Below are positions 42,633-54,006 of a stretch of DNA of 59,342 nt, in pieces. The translations under genes were made by a program, and so were the position numbers. Under the pieces are notes generated by a model, which was not told the DNA's origin, searched no databases, and saw only the letters and a program-made list of their open reading frames with translations. The DNA is from Trichomonas gallinae (taxonomy: Eukaryota): contig MRSU01003554.1 in NCBI GenBank assembly GCA_008369845.1, forward strand, positions 1-59,342, read 5' to 3'. Every line of letters begins with the position of its first letter. Position 1 is the stretch's first letter.

Positions 42633-43496
42633 ATGATATATATTATATATTTTGTTTGTTTATAAATGTTTATTGTTGTTATTATTTACCAAATATTTTG
42701 CTTTTTGAATCAAAATATTCTGATGAAACTAAAAAAACGGAGATATGCATATTTTAACGCGCAAAATATGAAATATAAGTCAATCTGTATATAAATGTCA
42801 AGGATCACTGATCACTTATGTTTAATATTTTGAATCAAAATAATTTACAGTTATTTTGTATATTCTATTAGAAAATAAGCGATGTTTGCGAATATATCAT
42901 CGATACACAATGGTCTCAAACATGATTTTGATTTTCACAAAAAAAATTAAAACTAAACGTAAGAAATTATCGATGAAAACATCTGCTTAATGGTTTCGAT
43001 ATATGAATCTGAATTTTTAAAATTTTCCGATCTTTTTTGTAAATTTTTTTAATATTCGTTGATATCATTGGCTCACTCGCACCATGATATTAATATTAAA
43101 ATGATAGAATTTCACGTAGCATGTCATACTTTACATCAAAAAAAAAAAAAAAAAAAAATCATCATATGAGGATACTATATTCCTATATCTTAAATATGAG
43201 TCATATCATTTATATTTAAAAAAGAAGGAAAAATCTTTAGTTTTGGTGTAATTTTGTTATCGTCCATTATTGAGAGAACTTTTAATCTTTTTAATTTTAA
43301 ATTTAAATTATTAAATATTATACTGCGAATAATAAAAAAATCATGAATGTTAAGTTGAATGAAAACTTTTGAAATAATTGAATTGTTATCAAATATCTCA
43401 TTGTGAAAAATCGATGGTCGTTGTTTTACGTGCTTCTGAGTGTTTTTAAATTGAGAATAAAATTTTCCTCAAAAAATTGACAAAAATTCTTCTAAA

Positions 43497-44720
43497 ATGT
43501 ATCGAGACAAAGAAAAGGTTGCTAATTTAGAGAAATACTTCAGTTCGGAACTTCACAACAACTATGTGACACCGAATAAGAGGCTCTCGTACGTCAGCCA
43601 AGAGAATACGCTTTATCAGGATGGAAGTCAATATTTTACGCCAATTCCATCAGAAGATAGCAAAGCGAGTAGGTTTTGGCGCAATAGGAGTCACATACAA
43701 GAATCCTGCAGAGTATTTTTCGCTTTCGTTAAACCACGTGGCTCTAAAAATGGAACAAGGTTAATACTTTTATATGCACCGCCATTCATTGCACTACTCG
43801 ATCACCAAAACGAAGAACTTGAAATTATTCCGCCATCAACGCATTTTTACTTTGAAGGAAGGTTTTTGTTTTTAGTAAATAATGGAAACGAACGAGTATT
43901 CTCCATAAAATGTGATGAAAAACGTCTTGTTGAGCTTACAAAGAATAATGCGATAGATGATGTGACACAATTCTTCAGAATGTGCCAGTTGAATCGATAT
44001 CTCGTTCCACCGATCTTTTTAACATATCCGTTCTATGACAAAGTTATCAACACAACAGATTTTTACTATTATTTGTCCAAATTGCCGATCAATCTTTGGA
44101 ATGAAGAATTATTCGATAATTATATCCGAGCATCTGATCCATTGCTTGACGAATTGTACGAAAGATTATTTGATGACTACTTCAGACCAATGGAGTATGA
44201 AAATTCATCAATTCCAAAAGATAATTTCATTTTCATGTTGCTTTACTACACACTTTGCTTCGATGATCAGATAAATATGTTCAAAGTGAATCTTGATCGA
44301 GCGAAGAAAGTGCAAGATTCGTTTGTTCTCGCAATGGAATTTATGCCGTTCATTGATAGGACAAAAATGATTCTTCATTTACTAGCTGTAACAGCAGATA
44401 AGTACTTCCCGAATGAAAATCTCGGCTCAAAAATCATTTTCAATTTAGTTATTAAATATCTTGCGGATTACTTAATTGATAGGAAATTAGAAGAAAAAGC
44501 CTACCAGCTGTACGATATAATGGACCTGAAGAAAGGAAGACTTTCTCCAACATTGTATAAAAGATATCTTGTTGTTGGTTCAAAATTCAGAGACCAACCA
44601 GCGGAATTCCAACTCATCAAAAAAGGTACATACACATATGATTGTTTCATTGTAATTTTGAATTTTGTCTGGTCAAATCAGCGAAAATTCATGGAAACAT
44701 TGGAAAATTCAGAGATATAA
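43497..44720 (+). CDS. Hypothetical protein (407 aa); possible PH-like beta region followed by a helical domain
   Basis: Clean ORF ending in TAAA; no confidently recognised motif. Confidence 0.8.
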   Translation: MYRDKEKVANLEKYFSSELHNNYVTPNKRLSYVSQENTLYQDGSQYFTPIPSEDSKASRFWRNRSHIQESCRVFFAFVKPRGSKNGTRLILLYAPPFIALLDHQNEELEIIPPSTHFYFEGRFLFLVNNGNERVFSIKCDEKRLVELTKNNAIDDVTQFFRMCQLNRYLVPPIFLTYPFYDKVINTTDFYYYLSKLPINLWNEELFDNYIRASDPLLDELYERLFDDYFRPMEYENSSIPKDNFIFMLLYYTLCFDDQINMFKVNLDRAKKVQDSFVLAMEFMPFIDRTKMILHLLAVTADKYFPNENLGSKIIFNLVIKYLADYLIDRKLEEKAYQLYDIMDLKKGRLSPTLYKRYLVVGSKFRDQPAEFQLIKKGTYTYDCFIVILNFVWSNQRKFMETLENSEI

Positions 44721-46095
44721 ACACTAATATTTGTTTTGTTGCTTACAAATCCAATTTTTTTTTTTCTATAAGTTATATTTTTTAACGCTTATCATAGAAT
44801 GATAAGAAATATGATCTTATATTGACCATATAATAATACATTGTCATTGATTCGACTGTATACAATATATAATAACTTGTTTTTGAATTAATCATATCCT
44901 ATATTCATCTATATTATTATTGTACTTTCATGCTAAGGTAATATACTAGCAAAAATTGTTTTATTAATGTACTTACAATGATATCATATTGTTTACCATG
45001 TCAATATATTTCTTGATAATGAGAAAACAATTTAAAGAAGATTCTCCCAATGACTATGTTTTTACATCATGTATCATTACTAAAAATGATGTGGTTATAA
45101 AAAAATACTTCACCAACAATACTATCAAATTGTTCTTGGCAATATGATTAATTAAATCCATGTAAATATAAGTGGCCTAGTGAATCATATCTGTCTTTCT
45201 GGTAACGTATGAATGCTTTTTGAACGTTTTGGGATTAAATCGACATTATTCTCTGCGAATAAAGAATTGATTTGAACCATTATAATGAGAACATGCTTCA
45301 TCAAATCACGTCAAAGTTTCTCCTATCAAATATTAAAAATATCTATTATATATGTAAGAAGTCTTTGCATTGTCAAAAAAACCAAATGAACTCGAATATT
45401 TTTCCGAATAAACTTGTGGATAATGAGCTTGTGGATACGTAGAGGTATTATAATGATTAAATCCGATTTTTACGTATCGTTAATTTTTGAAAGATGATGA
45501 CCTCAGAAATCTTTTAGATAATAAAATATTCATATATAGACGATAACAAGTCTAAAAACATCGAAAAATCAAAAGCCATGAAAGAATCGTTCAAACAAAT
45601 GCAAATTGTCAGGCCATTATTGTTTCATTTTCATTCTTTACCATTTATAGATGTATTCCGCAAAGTAAAATTGAGATTTTTTTCGATGGGCTTTAAATTG
45701 CAAAATTCTGACTTATATACTAAATTTATTCATATGCAAATAAAATTTTAAGCTATTGAAAGGAAAAGTGCTAGTTTTTTTGTTTAAGAAAAGTGACGAC
45801 AACATTTATAAATTATATTTTAAAAATAGTAGCTATTATTTTCATATAGAAATGGGATTTTCGAATAAAAGTGACATTTTCTATCTTTTAATATTTGTTA
45901 AGAAACTATAATATGTTAGATTTTTGCAATTATTTTTAGAAAACGTGACAACTTCATTGAAACTTTTCTAGGGGCGAAAAAATCGATTATTTTTATATTT
46001 AGAAATTAACTAATGATGATAAGACTAAAATAAGAATTTCAAAGTAATATAGTATAAGATCATTCAAATTTTTTAGATTTTATTATATTAGAAAA

Positions 46096-48708
46096 ATGAG
46101 TGAATACGATACTATAAGAGACAATCTCGAAGATATTAACAGCACGCCTCTCGCCAGCGGCTTCGGCAATCCAGAAGCAGATGATGAAGAAAGCGTCGAG
46201 CAGAAAGTTCTGCCAAGCGCATTCTTGAACGCGAACGAGGTTGTGCCCGATACAATTCTTTATAAAGTTCCGTCAGCGAGACCTAAGATCTCCGCGATTA
46301 GGAGGGCTTCGATTATGGAAGAAAATCCTGGAAACCAACAAACATTTGAAATAGAAAAGCACGCTCCGAAGAAGAAATTCAAACTCAAGTCTCTCTCGTT
46401 CGGTCTTATGCTCGGTGTTTATGTTCCTACTGTTTTAAACTTAATTTGTATCAATTATAATGTCGATGTTGCTAAAACAATCGAAAAATTCGGTCTCGGC
46501 TACGGACTTATTTTATTTGGTGTCTATTCTCTGATTGCGTATGGCACCCTTTCCAGTATTTCAGCCCTTGCAACAAATGGCGAAATGCAGAAAGGTGGCT
46601 GCTACTATTTGGTATCAAGATCGTTGGGTGCAACTTATGCTGGTGCTATAGGCATAATTCTGATCATTGGTCATGCAGCTTCGATTTCAGGAAACTATTA
46701 CAACCTCGGACGCATTATTGTCGATTTATATCCATTCGATATAACGAAATCAAGGTTCGGTGACTCGGTCTTGATCCAGTTTATCTCCAGTTGCGTTGTT
46801 TTAGGATTTCAATTCCTCGGCGTTAAATTTATGGTCATTCTTATGGTCTTCCTTCTTGCTGCACTCGCAATTGGTATCGGCTTTATGTTTGCAGGCTTCG
46901 CTACAAACAAAACAAGTCCATCAGGATTTTACGAAGGATTTAGCGCCCATCGTTTCAAGACAAACTGGAAACCAGATGGTATCACATTCGACCTTACAAT
47001 GTTCTACATTCTCTCGTCTATGAACGGTGTTATTACAGTTGCTGACTATTCAGGCAGCCTTGCCCCAGCAAAGCAAGCCATTCCATACGGTGGATATGCA
47101 GCTTTAGGAACGTCAACTTTCTTCTTCCTTTTGATGATGTTTATGATTTCAGGATGCGCAAACTTCAGCAATCTTCCAGATTCTCCAGCAGCTTTCATGA
47201 ACGTTTCTGCTAAGCCACTCGTCTCATATATCGGTTTCATGTGCGCAGGCATTGGCTCGGCAATCACAATGACATTAGGTGGTTCTCGTATCATTACGCA
47301 AATGGTTAAAGACGGTTTACTTCCTAAATTCATCAACTTCAAGATGATCAACAACGAATCTGTTGGTGGAAATATCATTATCGCAATTTTGGGCTTTTCT
47401 TTCTCATTTGTTCAAACACGTGAAATGATTCAGTCACTTCAAAACATTTTCTTCCTTATTCCAATCGCTTTAGTCAACCTCGCCCTTTATCTTACAGATT
47501 CACAGCACAATCCAGGCTTTAGACCAGTTTACAAGTTCTACAACAAGTGGTTCTCATTGTTCTTAGTGTTCGTTTGCCTTGCACGTGCTGTATTAGTTAA
47601 TTGGATTATTTTCCTCTGCGTTGTTGCCTTCCTCGGTCTTCTTGTCCTCTTCTATCATAAGTGCGTCAGGATGCACGACTCATGGGGCAGTGTCCTATCT
47701 AACCACGTCTTCTATTCGACAATGAAAGAATGTCTCAAGCTTTACAACGTCCCACCACACGTTAAAACATACAGATCCAACATCATCTTCATCACAAAGA
47801 AGAAGCCAAACGAGTGCATGCACGCCATCGACTTCATCAACCAGCTACTTTCAGGACACGGCATGGCTGCTGTCGGAAGAGTTAATATTACAACAGAACG
47901 GCCGAACATCCGCAAACTCATCAAAGAGCGCGCTGAGAGTTTCATTGCCGCCGACGATTCATACCATGTCTTCTATGATATTACATGCGCTCCAACATTC
48001 CACGAAGGCGTCAGAGACTTCTTGCTGACAGCAGGTATTGGTATGATGAGACCAAACACATTATGCCTCGAATTCCCAGAAGAATGGAATACCAGTGAAT
48101 GCGAGGAGTTCTTTAGGACACTTGAGACAGCATTCGATGCTAACTTCTCAGTCACTGTTTTGAGGCACTTGGAGAGATTCATGCAGGTCGACAGAAAGGG
48201 AACTGTCGATGTCTGGTGGCTCGCTGATGATGGCGGTTTGACACTTCTTCTTCCTTACCTTCTTTGCAGAGAAAAGCAGTGGAAGAACGCTCAGCTTAGA
48301 ATCATGACACTCTGCTTCATCGATGAAAACCAGGACTTCCAGCAGACACAGGAGAGAATGGAGCACCTTCTCTACAAGTTCAGAATCAAAGCAGAAGTTA
48401 TCACAATCGAAGTTTCTGTAGCGAACGAGCAGCCTTCGCTTTTGGCTAAGCAGAAGTGGATCAACATCGTTGGACAGCAGCCGAAGGATGAGCAGCAGGA
48501 CCTTTTGACAAACAGATACTTGTTATTGTCTGATTTGATCCGCAACTACTCTGCTTCATCATCATTCATCGCATTAACTATGCTAGTCCCGCGCGAGACA
48601 ACCAACCCTAAGATCTACCTCGGATGGCTCGACTTGCTCAGCTTCCTTGACGTTCCATTCTTGTTCGTTAGAGGCAATGGCGAAAACACTTTGTCATGGC
48701 ACATTTAA
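46096..48708 (+). CDS. SLC12 cation-chloride cotransporter family protein
   Basis: SISALATNG..GGCYYLVSRSLG, SGSL....AIPYG, PGFRP.YKFYN.W, G.G.MRPNT, GTVDVWWLADDGGLTLLLPYLL and LFVRGN, with about 11-12 TM helices. Confidence 0.95.
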   Translation: MSEYDTIRDNLEDINSTPLASGFGNPEADDEESVEQKVLPSAFLNANEVVPDTILYKVPSARPKISAIRRASIMEENPGNQQTFEIEKHAPKKKFKLKSLSFGLMLGVYVPTVLNLICINYNVDVAKTIEKFGLGYGLILFGVYSLIAYGTLSSISALATNGEMQKGGCYYLVSRSLGATYAGAIGIILIIGHAASISGNYYNLGRIIVDLYPFDITKSRFGDSVLIQFISSCVVLGFQFLGVKFMVILMVFLLAALAIGIGFMFAGFATNKTSPSGFYEGFSAHRFKTNWKPDGITFDLTMFYILSSMNGVITVADYSGSLAPAKQAIPYGGYAALGTSTFFFLLMMFMISGCANFSNLPDSPAAFMNVSAKPLVSYIGFMCAGIGSAITMTLGGSRIITQMVKDGLLPKFINFKMINNESVGGNIIIAILGFSFSFVQTREMIQSLQNIFFLIPIALVNLALYLTDSQHNPGFRPVYKFYNKWFSLFLVFVCLARAVLVNWIIFLCVVAFLGLLVLFYHKCVRMHDSWGSVLSNHVFYSTMKECLKLYNVPPHVKTYRSNIIFITKKKPNECMHAIDFINQLLSGHGMAAVGRVNITTERPNIRKLIKERAESFIAADDSYHVFYDITCAPTFHEGVRDFLLTAGIGMMRPNTLCLEFPEEWNTSECEEFFRTLETAFDANFSVTVLRHLERFMQVDRKGTVDVWWLADDGGLTLLLPYLLCREKQWKNAQLRIMTLCFIDENQDFQQTQERMEHLLYKFRIKAEVITIEVSVANEQPSLLAKQKWINIVGQQPKDEQQDLLTNRYLLLSDLIRNYSASSSFIALTMLVPRETTNPKIYLGWLDLLSFLDVPFLFVRGNGENTLSWHI

Positions 48709-49223
48709 ATTATCTTTTTCTTTCTTTTTTATACATATGATTATTTACTAATAAAAGCTATATGGCATTCTTCTATAAAAATATCTGAAAACCATCTTCT
48801 ATTGATTTCATCCCGAATTACTCTATGATTATTCCGTAATTCTGGTGCCTTTACCTTCAATATGAATCTCGGAATTAAGGTTAATACACAAAATTCCACA
48901 TAAGATTAACAAATTTGATCAAAAATCATATTTTTACAATTTTATCGTTATTGAATAGGATTTAACGAATTCTAAATAATATATACGATAATATTTTATT
49001 AATATCTATGATAAATACCAAAGTTTCATGTGAACAACATAGAACATTGACATTTTATTATTATATCTTCAATTTTTCTTGTCATATTCAAAACATTCAA
49101 TGATGATACTGAAATAATTAGAGCATCTTATCATTTTATCATTTTCTTCAGATTTGTTTCAATTTTTGTTCAAATATTTTTGATAGATTGATAGATATGT
49201 ATATTTATTATTACAAACATATA

Positions 49224-50462
49224 TCACATAACTCCAAACATAGCAAGCTTAAACCTAATCCACTGCTGCTCTGAGCTTGGAAAAGTTGGAAGGATTTCTT
49301 GCATAAACTTATCAGTTACTTTACATTTGTTCTCTATGACCAAGAAAATCGCTTGTATTTGATAAACTCTTTCGATAATATTATCTGGTAATTTATTTCC
49401 TTTTTCAAGGAGAAGTTTGACTGCTTCAAGATGAATTCTGCCATCAATGTTTTCGAATGATATCCTCGGATTAACTGTTAAAACATATGGAATAAATTCT
49501 GTTGGAATTTTAATATTATCAATCGGAAATCCTGCTGTAATGCAATAAATCAGGTATCTTGCATTGTGAGTATTCTCAAGACAGCGTTTTAGCTCTGTTT
49601 TTGTTTCTTCAAAAGAATGTCGTTCAGCGAACTTAGAAATACAATGTTCAGCTACTTTCGTATTGCATGATTCAAGTGCTGGTAATATATTTATACTGCT
49701 TTTGCCTCCAGCTGTCTCGAATAATTTAATTATTTCAAGATTTCCCGAAAGAATAGCTTCTATCATTATATTTGGCGTCACTTTGGCTCCATGTTGTAAC
49801 ATCCACTTAGCACATTTAATGGCTTCAAAGTGTGCTGCAATAAATAACGGAACTTTGAGATTTCCTTCGATTACAGTTATTACAGGAGTATCAATGTATT
49901 CTTCATTCAAATCTGCAATGTTTAACGAAGTAAGATAATCAATATTATCGTTTTTAATATTAAATCTTAATGTATCGCTAATAATATCATTTTCAAGTAA
50001 GTATTCGCGCTGTGTTTGTTCTAAATTTGTATAATCTGTGAATTCTTTTGAATCTTGTTTAAGTTTTGGTAATTGAATATTTTTCTCTGAGAAATAAAAT
50101 AAAAAAGGAAGTAATTTTTCATCGGATATTGGATTTATAAATAGATTTACAATAAAATCATCGTTTATAATTCCTTTTTTATGCAATAAAAACGTAAATT
50201 TTGGTGAATTGATGAAATCAGAAACGGAAATTGTAGAAACAAGATTAGGATTCGCTATTATATACTCTGCCATATCTAAATCATTGATGCGATTTGAAAA
50301 TGGATCAATTCCTAAATCCGCGAATTTTTGAAAGTTTTTTTCAATGAATCTTTTCTTTTCCAATGATCCACAGTACTTTTTACATGTAAGAATTTCGTTA
50401 GCAGCAGCAATCAAATCGAATTCTGGCGGAATTTCAACTAAAGAAAGTTGCGGAAAACTCAT
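49224..50462 (-). CDS. DUF3447/ankyrin-like protein (~412 aa)
   Basis: IKNDNIDYL, AAHFEAIKCAKWML..GA and AILSGNLEIIKL. Probable start at 50462 (the ORF is open further, to 50576). Confidence 0.85.
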   Translation of the reverse strand: MSFPQLSLVEIPPEFDLIAAANEILTCKKYCGSLEKKRFIEKNFQKFADLGIDPFSNRINDLDMAEYIIANPNLVSTISVSDFINSPKFTFLLHKKGIINDDFIVNLFINPISDEKLLPFLFYFSEKNIQLPKLKQDSKEFTDYTNLEQTQREYLLENDIISDTLRFNIKNDNIDYLTSLNIADLNEEYIDTPVITVIEGNLKVPLFIAAHFEAIKCAKWMLQHGAKVTPNIMIEAILSGNLEIIKLFETAGGKSSINILPALESCNTKVAEHCISKFAERHSFEETKTELKRCLENTHNARYLIYCITAGFPIDNIKIPTEFIPYVLTVNPRISFENIDGRIHLEAVKLLLEKGNKLPDNIIERVYQIQAIFLVIENKCKVTDKFMQEILPTFPSSEQQWIRFKLAMFGVM

Positions 50463-50723
50463 TGTCACTTTTAGGATTAATTTCTGACATATTTCGAAAA
50501 GTGTCATTTTACACGACAAAATTACAGCATTTGTCATGTAAATTGTCAATTCATTTTTAAGTAATACATAGATCATTGTCTATAGACATAGTTTCACTTT
50601 TTGCTATATCATGTATTGAAACTCAGAATTACAGAGTTGATCTGCGTTCAAAATCTCAGTAACAAAGTTCAGCACACTTAGATATAGTTGCTTTATTTAA
50701 TATAAAGTCTATATATTTGAAAT

Positions 50724-52952
50724 TTATTTAACAATAGATTTGTATTGGTTGCGCTGATTGCCACCACCTGCAATAGCGGCGACAGCGCGTTCTGGATCAT
50801 CTGGATCGTTGTTGTCTCCGTCGAGTCCGAGTGAGTCATCAGTGTCCATCATCTTTCGCAGCCATTCTTCTCTCTTCTCTTGAGTGCCGAGCTTCAACTG
50901 CTGCGGTGGCCACCTTTTGAGAGGCTCTGTGACTGGCTCGTACGAGTAGCCCTGGTCGATGAGGAAAGCCTGACGTTTTGCGGAGTAGTATATCTCTTCT
51001 GTGTCTTGAGAAACCAATGTGTAGAAGAAAGCGTTGTATTCGTCTGTTCTTCCTGGCTTAGGCCTCAAGACTCTGCCGAGACGCTGCGCTTCTTGCATTC
51101 TTGCAGACTTGTGGTAACTAAGCTGAATTAAGACATTTGCTGATGGAAGGTCAATGGCCTTGTCACCGATCTTCGACAAAATGATGGTGTTGATCTCTCT
51201 TGTCCTCTTAAATTTGTCGAAAATGATTGCACGCTCTTTGTTGGAAATTTTGCCATGTAAAGCCGGTTTGTCAAGATGTCTGGCAAGAGTTTCTAAGATC
51301 TGCAGTTGGTCGCAGAAAACGAGAATCTTGTCGCCACGAGCTTCATGGAACTGAAGCAAGCTCTCCAAAACATCAATTTTGTTAGGATTTGATGCAGCGA
51401 GAACATCACGCTTGAATGCTTGTTTCTCGAGGCTGAGATACTTCCTGTAAAACTCGAAGCTCATTGGAACAAGAATTTCGAAGCATTTAACTCTGGCCAA
51501 ATATCCAGATTCAGCAAGTTCGATCCAGTTAGCTTCATACAGCTTGGGACCGACGAGGTACTTCAGATCGTTGATCTTTTCATCTTCACGGACCATTGTA
51601 GCTGTTAATCCCAGTCTTGTGTGCGCGCGAACCATATCTGTGACATTTCTGAATGTTTCAGCGGCGGCTTCCTGCACTTCATCCATAACTAAGATTCCCC
51701 AGTCACGGCCTGTGATTTGATCAATAACTTTTTGACCTTCTTCAGATCTTTTTGATTTAGCAGTAAGCATTGAGTATGTTGTGACTAAAATGCAGGGACC
51801 CTCTGGCAGCTGCTGCTTGTGGTCACTTGTCAATGTAATAACAACGTTTTCAGGAACTTTTGTCCATAATTTGAACTGTGCGGCCCATTGCTTGACTGGA
51901 ACACCAGCATTGCAGCAGACAACAGCAGATTTGTTGACTGTAGCGACAGCTGTGATGCCTACAAGTGTTTTTCCTGCGCCGCAAGGAAGAACAATAATTC
52001 CAGATTTTGCGCGGCCGCCAGAAAACATCTTTGAAAGAGCTTTTTCTTGATATGGACGGATATTTGTTTCTGTTCGAAGCTGAATGCCGAGATTTTTAAG
52101 TGATTTATCATTATTGAAATCATATTCATCGGAAAGAAAAAGGTTATTATCGACAGCGTGCTTTCTTACATCTCTCACTGACGATGGCTTAAGTTCAAAA
52201 CGATAAATCTTTGGTTTTTCAAATTCTAATAATTCTTCAAAGCCTTCTGTAAGTCTTTGTACAGAGCCATAGTATGAGGCATCACCGACACCGGAAATGA
52301 TTGTGTCCGCTTCCTCTTCATCGACAATAAACACTTTTCCGTTTCTTGGATGAACAATCGCGTTTGGATCTGGAGCAACGATTTTATCTGAGAAGAATTT
52401 ATCACGAGATAGATCTAAAATTAGACTCTCTTCAATTGATTCGATATAATAGCGTTGATCTTTGAGAACAAGTTTCAATTTACCGACAGAATGGCAGCAA
52501 TTGATAACATGTTCCTTGAATGAATCTGTAAGTTCTGTTTTGCTGATCAAAGACAAAACGTGGACGATTTTTTCACCTGTTAAGCCGATAGAGACAGCAG
52601 CGAAGAGAGAGTAAGGGCTGATCTGATATTCTTGCATGTATTTAGGTCTAGAGCATGGCTCTGCTATAGCGATGATAAAATCGACTGTTTTTGAGTAAAA
52701 TGGAGAAAATGTTTCGAGAAAAATGTGGCCATCGGGGAAAACAATAGCTGGGCGATTCTCTGATCCAGGAATGAAATTCAAATCTTTGTAAGATTTGGAT
52801 ATAGAGCCTCTTGCTGTGAATTCACCATCGAAATATTCGTTTGTGATTCGTTCTATTTTAGCCTTGTTTTCGCTCTTGCGTTTTCTAACCTGTCTCGAGT
52901 GACCTACGTCGATGTTCTTGAGATTTTCGTGGTAATCGGCATCATCACTCAT
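50724..52952 (-). CDS. XPB: TFIIH helicase/translocase XPB (ERCC3/Ssl2/Rad25)
   Basis: FLETFSPFY, AEPCSRP..MQEY, IRPYQEKAL, GIIVLPCGAGKT, LGLTATMVRED, KLYEANW, QEAQRLGRVLR and FFYTLVSQDTEE. Probable start at 52952 after Inr TCACTTTT (upstream ATG at 52985). Confidence 0.97.
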   Translation of the reverse strand: MSDDADYHENLKNIDVGHSRQVRKRKSENKAKIERITNEYFDGEFTARGSISKSYKDLNFIPGSENRPAIVFPDGHIFLETFSPFYSKTVDFIIAIAEPCSRPKYMQEYQISPYSLFAAVSIGLTGEKIVHVLSLISKTELTDSFKEHVINCCHSVGKLKLVLKDQRYYIESIEESLILDLSRDKFFSDKIVAPDPNAIVHPRNGKVFIVDEEEADTIISGVGDASYYGSVQRLTEGFEELLEFEKPKIYRFELKPSSVRDVRKHAVDNNLFLSDEYDFNNDKSLKNLGIQLRTETNIRPYQEKALSKMFSGGRAKSGIIVLPCGAGKTLVGITAVATVNKSAVVCCNAGVPVKQWAAQFKLWTKVPENVVITLTSDHKQQLPEGPCILVTTYSMLTAKSKRSEEGQKVIDQITGRDWGILVMDEVQEAAAETFRNVTDMVRAHTRLGLTATMVREDEKINDLKYLVGPKLYEANWIELAESGYLARVKCFEILVPMSFEFYRKYLSLEKQAFKRDVLAASNPNKIDVLESLLQFHEARGDKILVFCDQLQILETLARHLDKPALHGKISNKERAIIFDKFKRTREINTIILSKIGDKAIDLPSANVLIQLSYHKSARMQEAQRLGRVLRPKPGRTDEYNAFFYTLVSQDTEEIYYSAKRQAFLIDQGYSYEPVTEPLKRWPPQQLKLGTQEKREEWLRKMMDTDDSLGLDGDNNDPDDPERAVAAIAGGGNQRNQYKSIVK

Positions 52953-53119
52953 ACAGGTATTTGTAAAAGTGACATTTTCGAACATTTTTGTTTTAAGCCT
53001 CTAAACACATAAAAATAGCACCTTTATATCATTTACATTTCAAATTTTATCGAAATGTTTCGTTAAACTCAATTTTTGGCAATTTCAAATTTGATTTTCT
53101 TTCTTCAAATGATTTTTGA

Positions 53120-53475
53120 ACATTATAATTCATATATTTTATTTTGGTGTAAGATATACAGTTCATATTTGTGTGTGTAAAGTCAAATAACAATTTCCTA
53201 AGATAAAATATCTATTTGACAAGTATTCATGCCTGTAACTTATGTATTCTATCTTACTATCAACAATATAGTTTATATTTATGTGTGTAAAACGATTTAA
53301 CTAATTTTTTTAGATAAAGTTTCAATTTGACGAATATTCAAGGGTATAATTCATATATTTTACTTTGCAATAAGTCATATAGTTTATATTTATGTGTGTA
53401 GATCAATATAACTAATTTTTTAAAATTAACAAAATAAAACTTAAAAAATTAGACAATTTCTATTTGACAAGTAAA
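53120..53475. repeat. Degenerate tandem repeat, about 3 copies of 110-111 bp
   Basis: GTT(C/T)ATATTT(G/A)TGTGTGTA at 53161, 53271 and 53382, each with a downstream ATTTGAC. Confidence 0.85.
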
Positions 53476-53568
53476 TTGATTGGCTAAGAAAGAAATATGT
53501 GGGTGGTTATTTCGAATATATTGTTTAATAACAAAATATATAAAAAAATATACAAGAGATTAAAATCA

Positions 53569-54006
53569 TTAGTACACTGTTTCCGGCTTTGCAATCTTGC
53601 GTATTTTTGGTGCCTTATATATATGTTCGCGTAACTCTCTAATTGCTCTATCAAGATTTTTGTCCCATTCTTCATCATAAGAGGTGCATTTTTCTTTATA
53701 TTGAGAATCTACGTACTCATCTATAATATCAGCGCAAGCAGCGTAATACGAATCTTTGCCATTATATAATTTTGTATTCGAAGAGATTAAATGAACGTCC
53801 GAAACAAATTGCTCTGGTGTTGTATAAACGTTATTGACTAAATTCTGCTTGATTTTCGTAAAATCCATTGGTTGTTTAATTTTCTTGAAATAATCAGGCG
53901 CATCGTCATTAACAGGATCAACAGGGTTCCTAAAAGGCTTGGAAATTGCCATTCTTGTAAGCTCATTCCAGACTTTTAAGCACCACCATCTATTGTATTC
54001 ATTCAT
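53569..54006 (-). CDS. Small bromodomain-only protein (~145 aa)
   Basis: PFRNPVDP..DAPDYFKKIKQPMDF..I, Y.TPEQFVSDVHLISSNTKLYN. Probable start at 54006, preceded by Inr-like TCATAT. Confidence 0.9.
   Translation of the reverse strand: MNEYNRWWCLKVWNELTRMAISKPFRNPVDPVNDDAPDYFKKIKQPMDFTKIKQNLVNNVYTTPEQFVSDVHLISSNTKLYNGKDSYYAACADIIDEYVDSQYKEKCTSYDEEWDKNLDRAIRELREHIYKAPKIRKIAKPETVY

Noticed and set aside
43138..43158. 21-nt poly(A) run
   Set aside because: No target-site duplication or retroelement body is evident; it looks like a simple homopolymer.
48811..48890. Two weak hairpins followed by ACA (H/ACA-like)
   Set aside because: No H box between the hairpins and the stems are weak.
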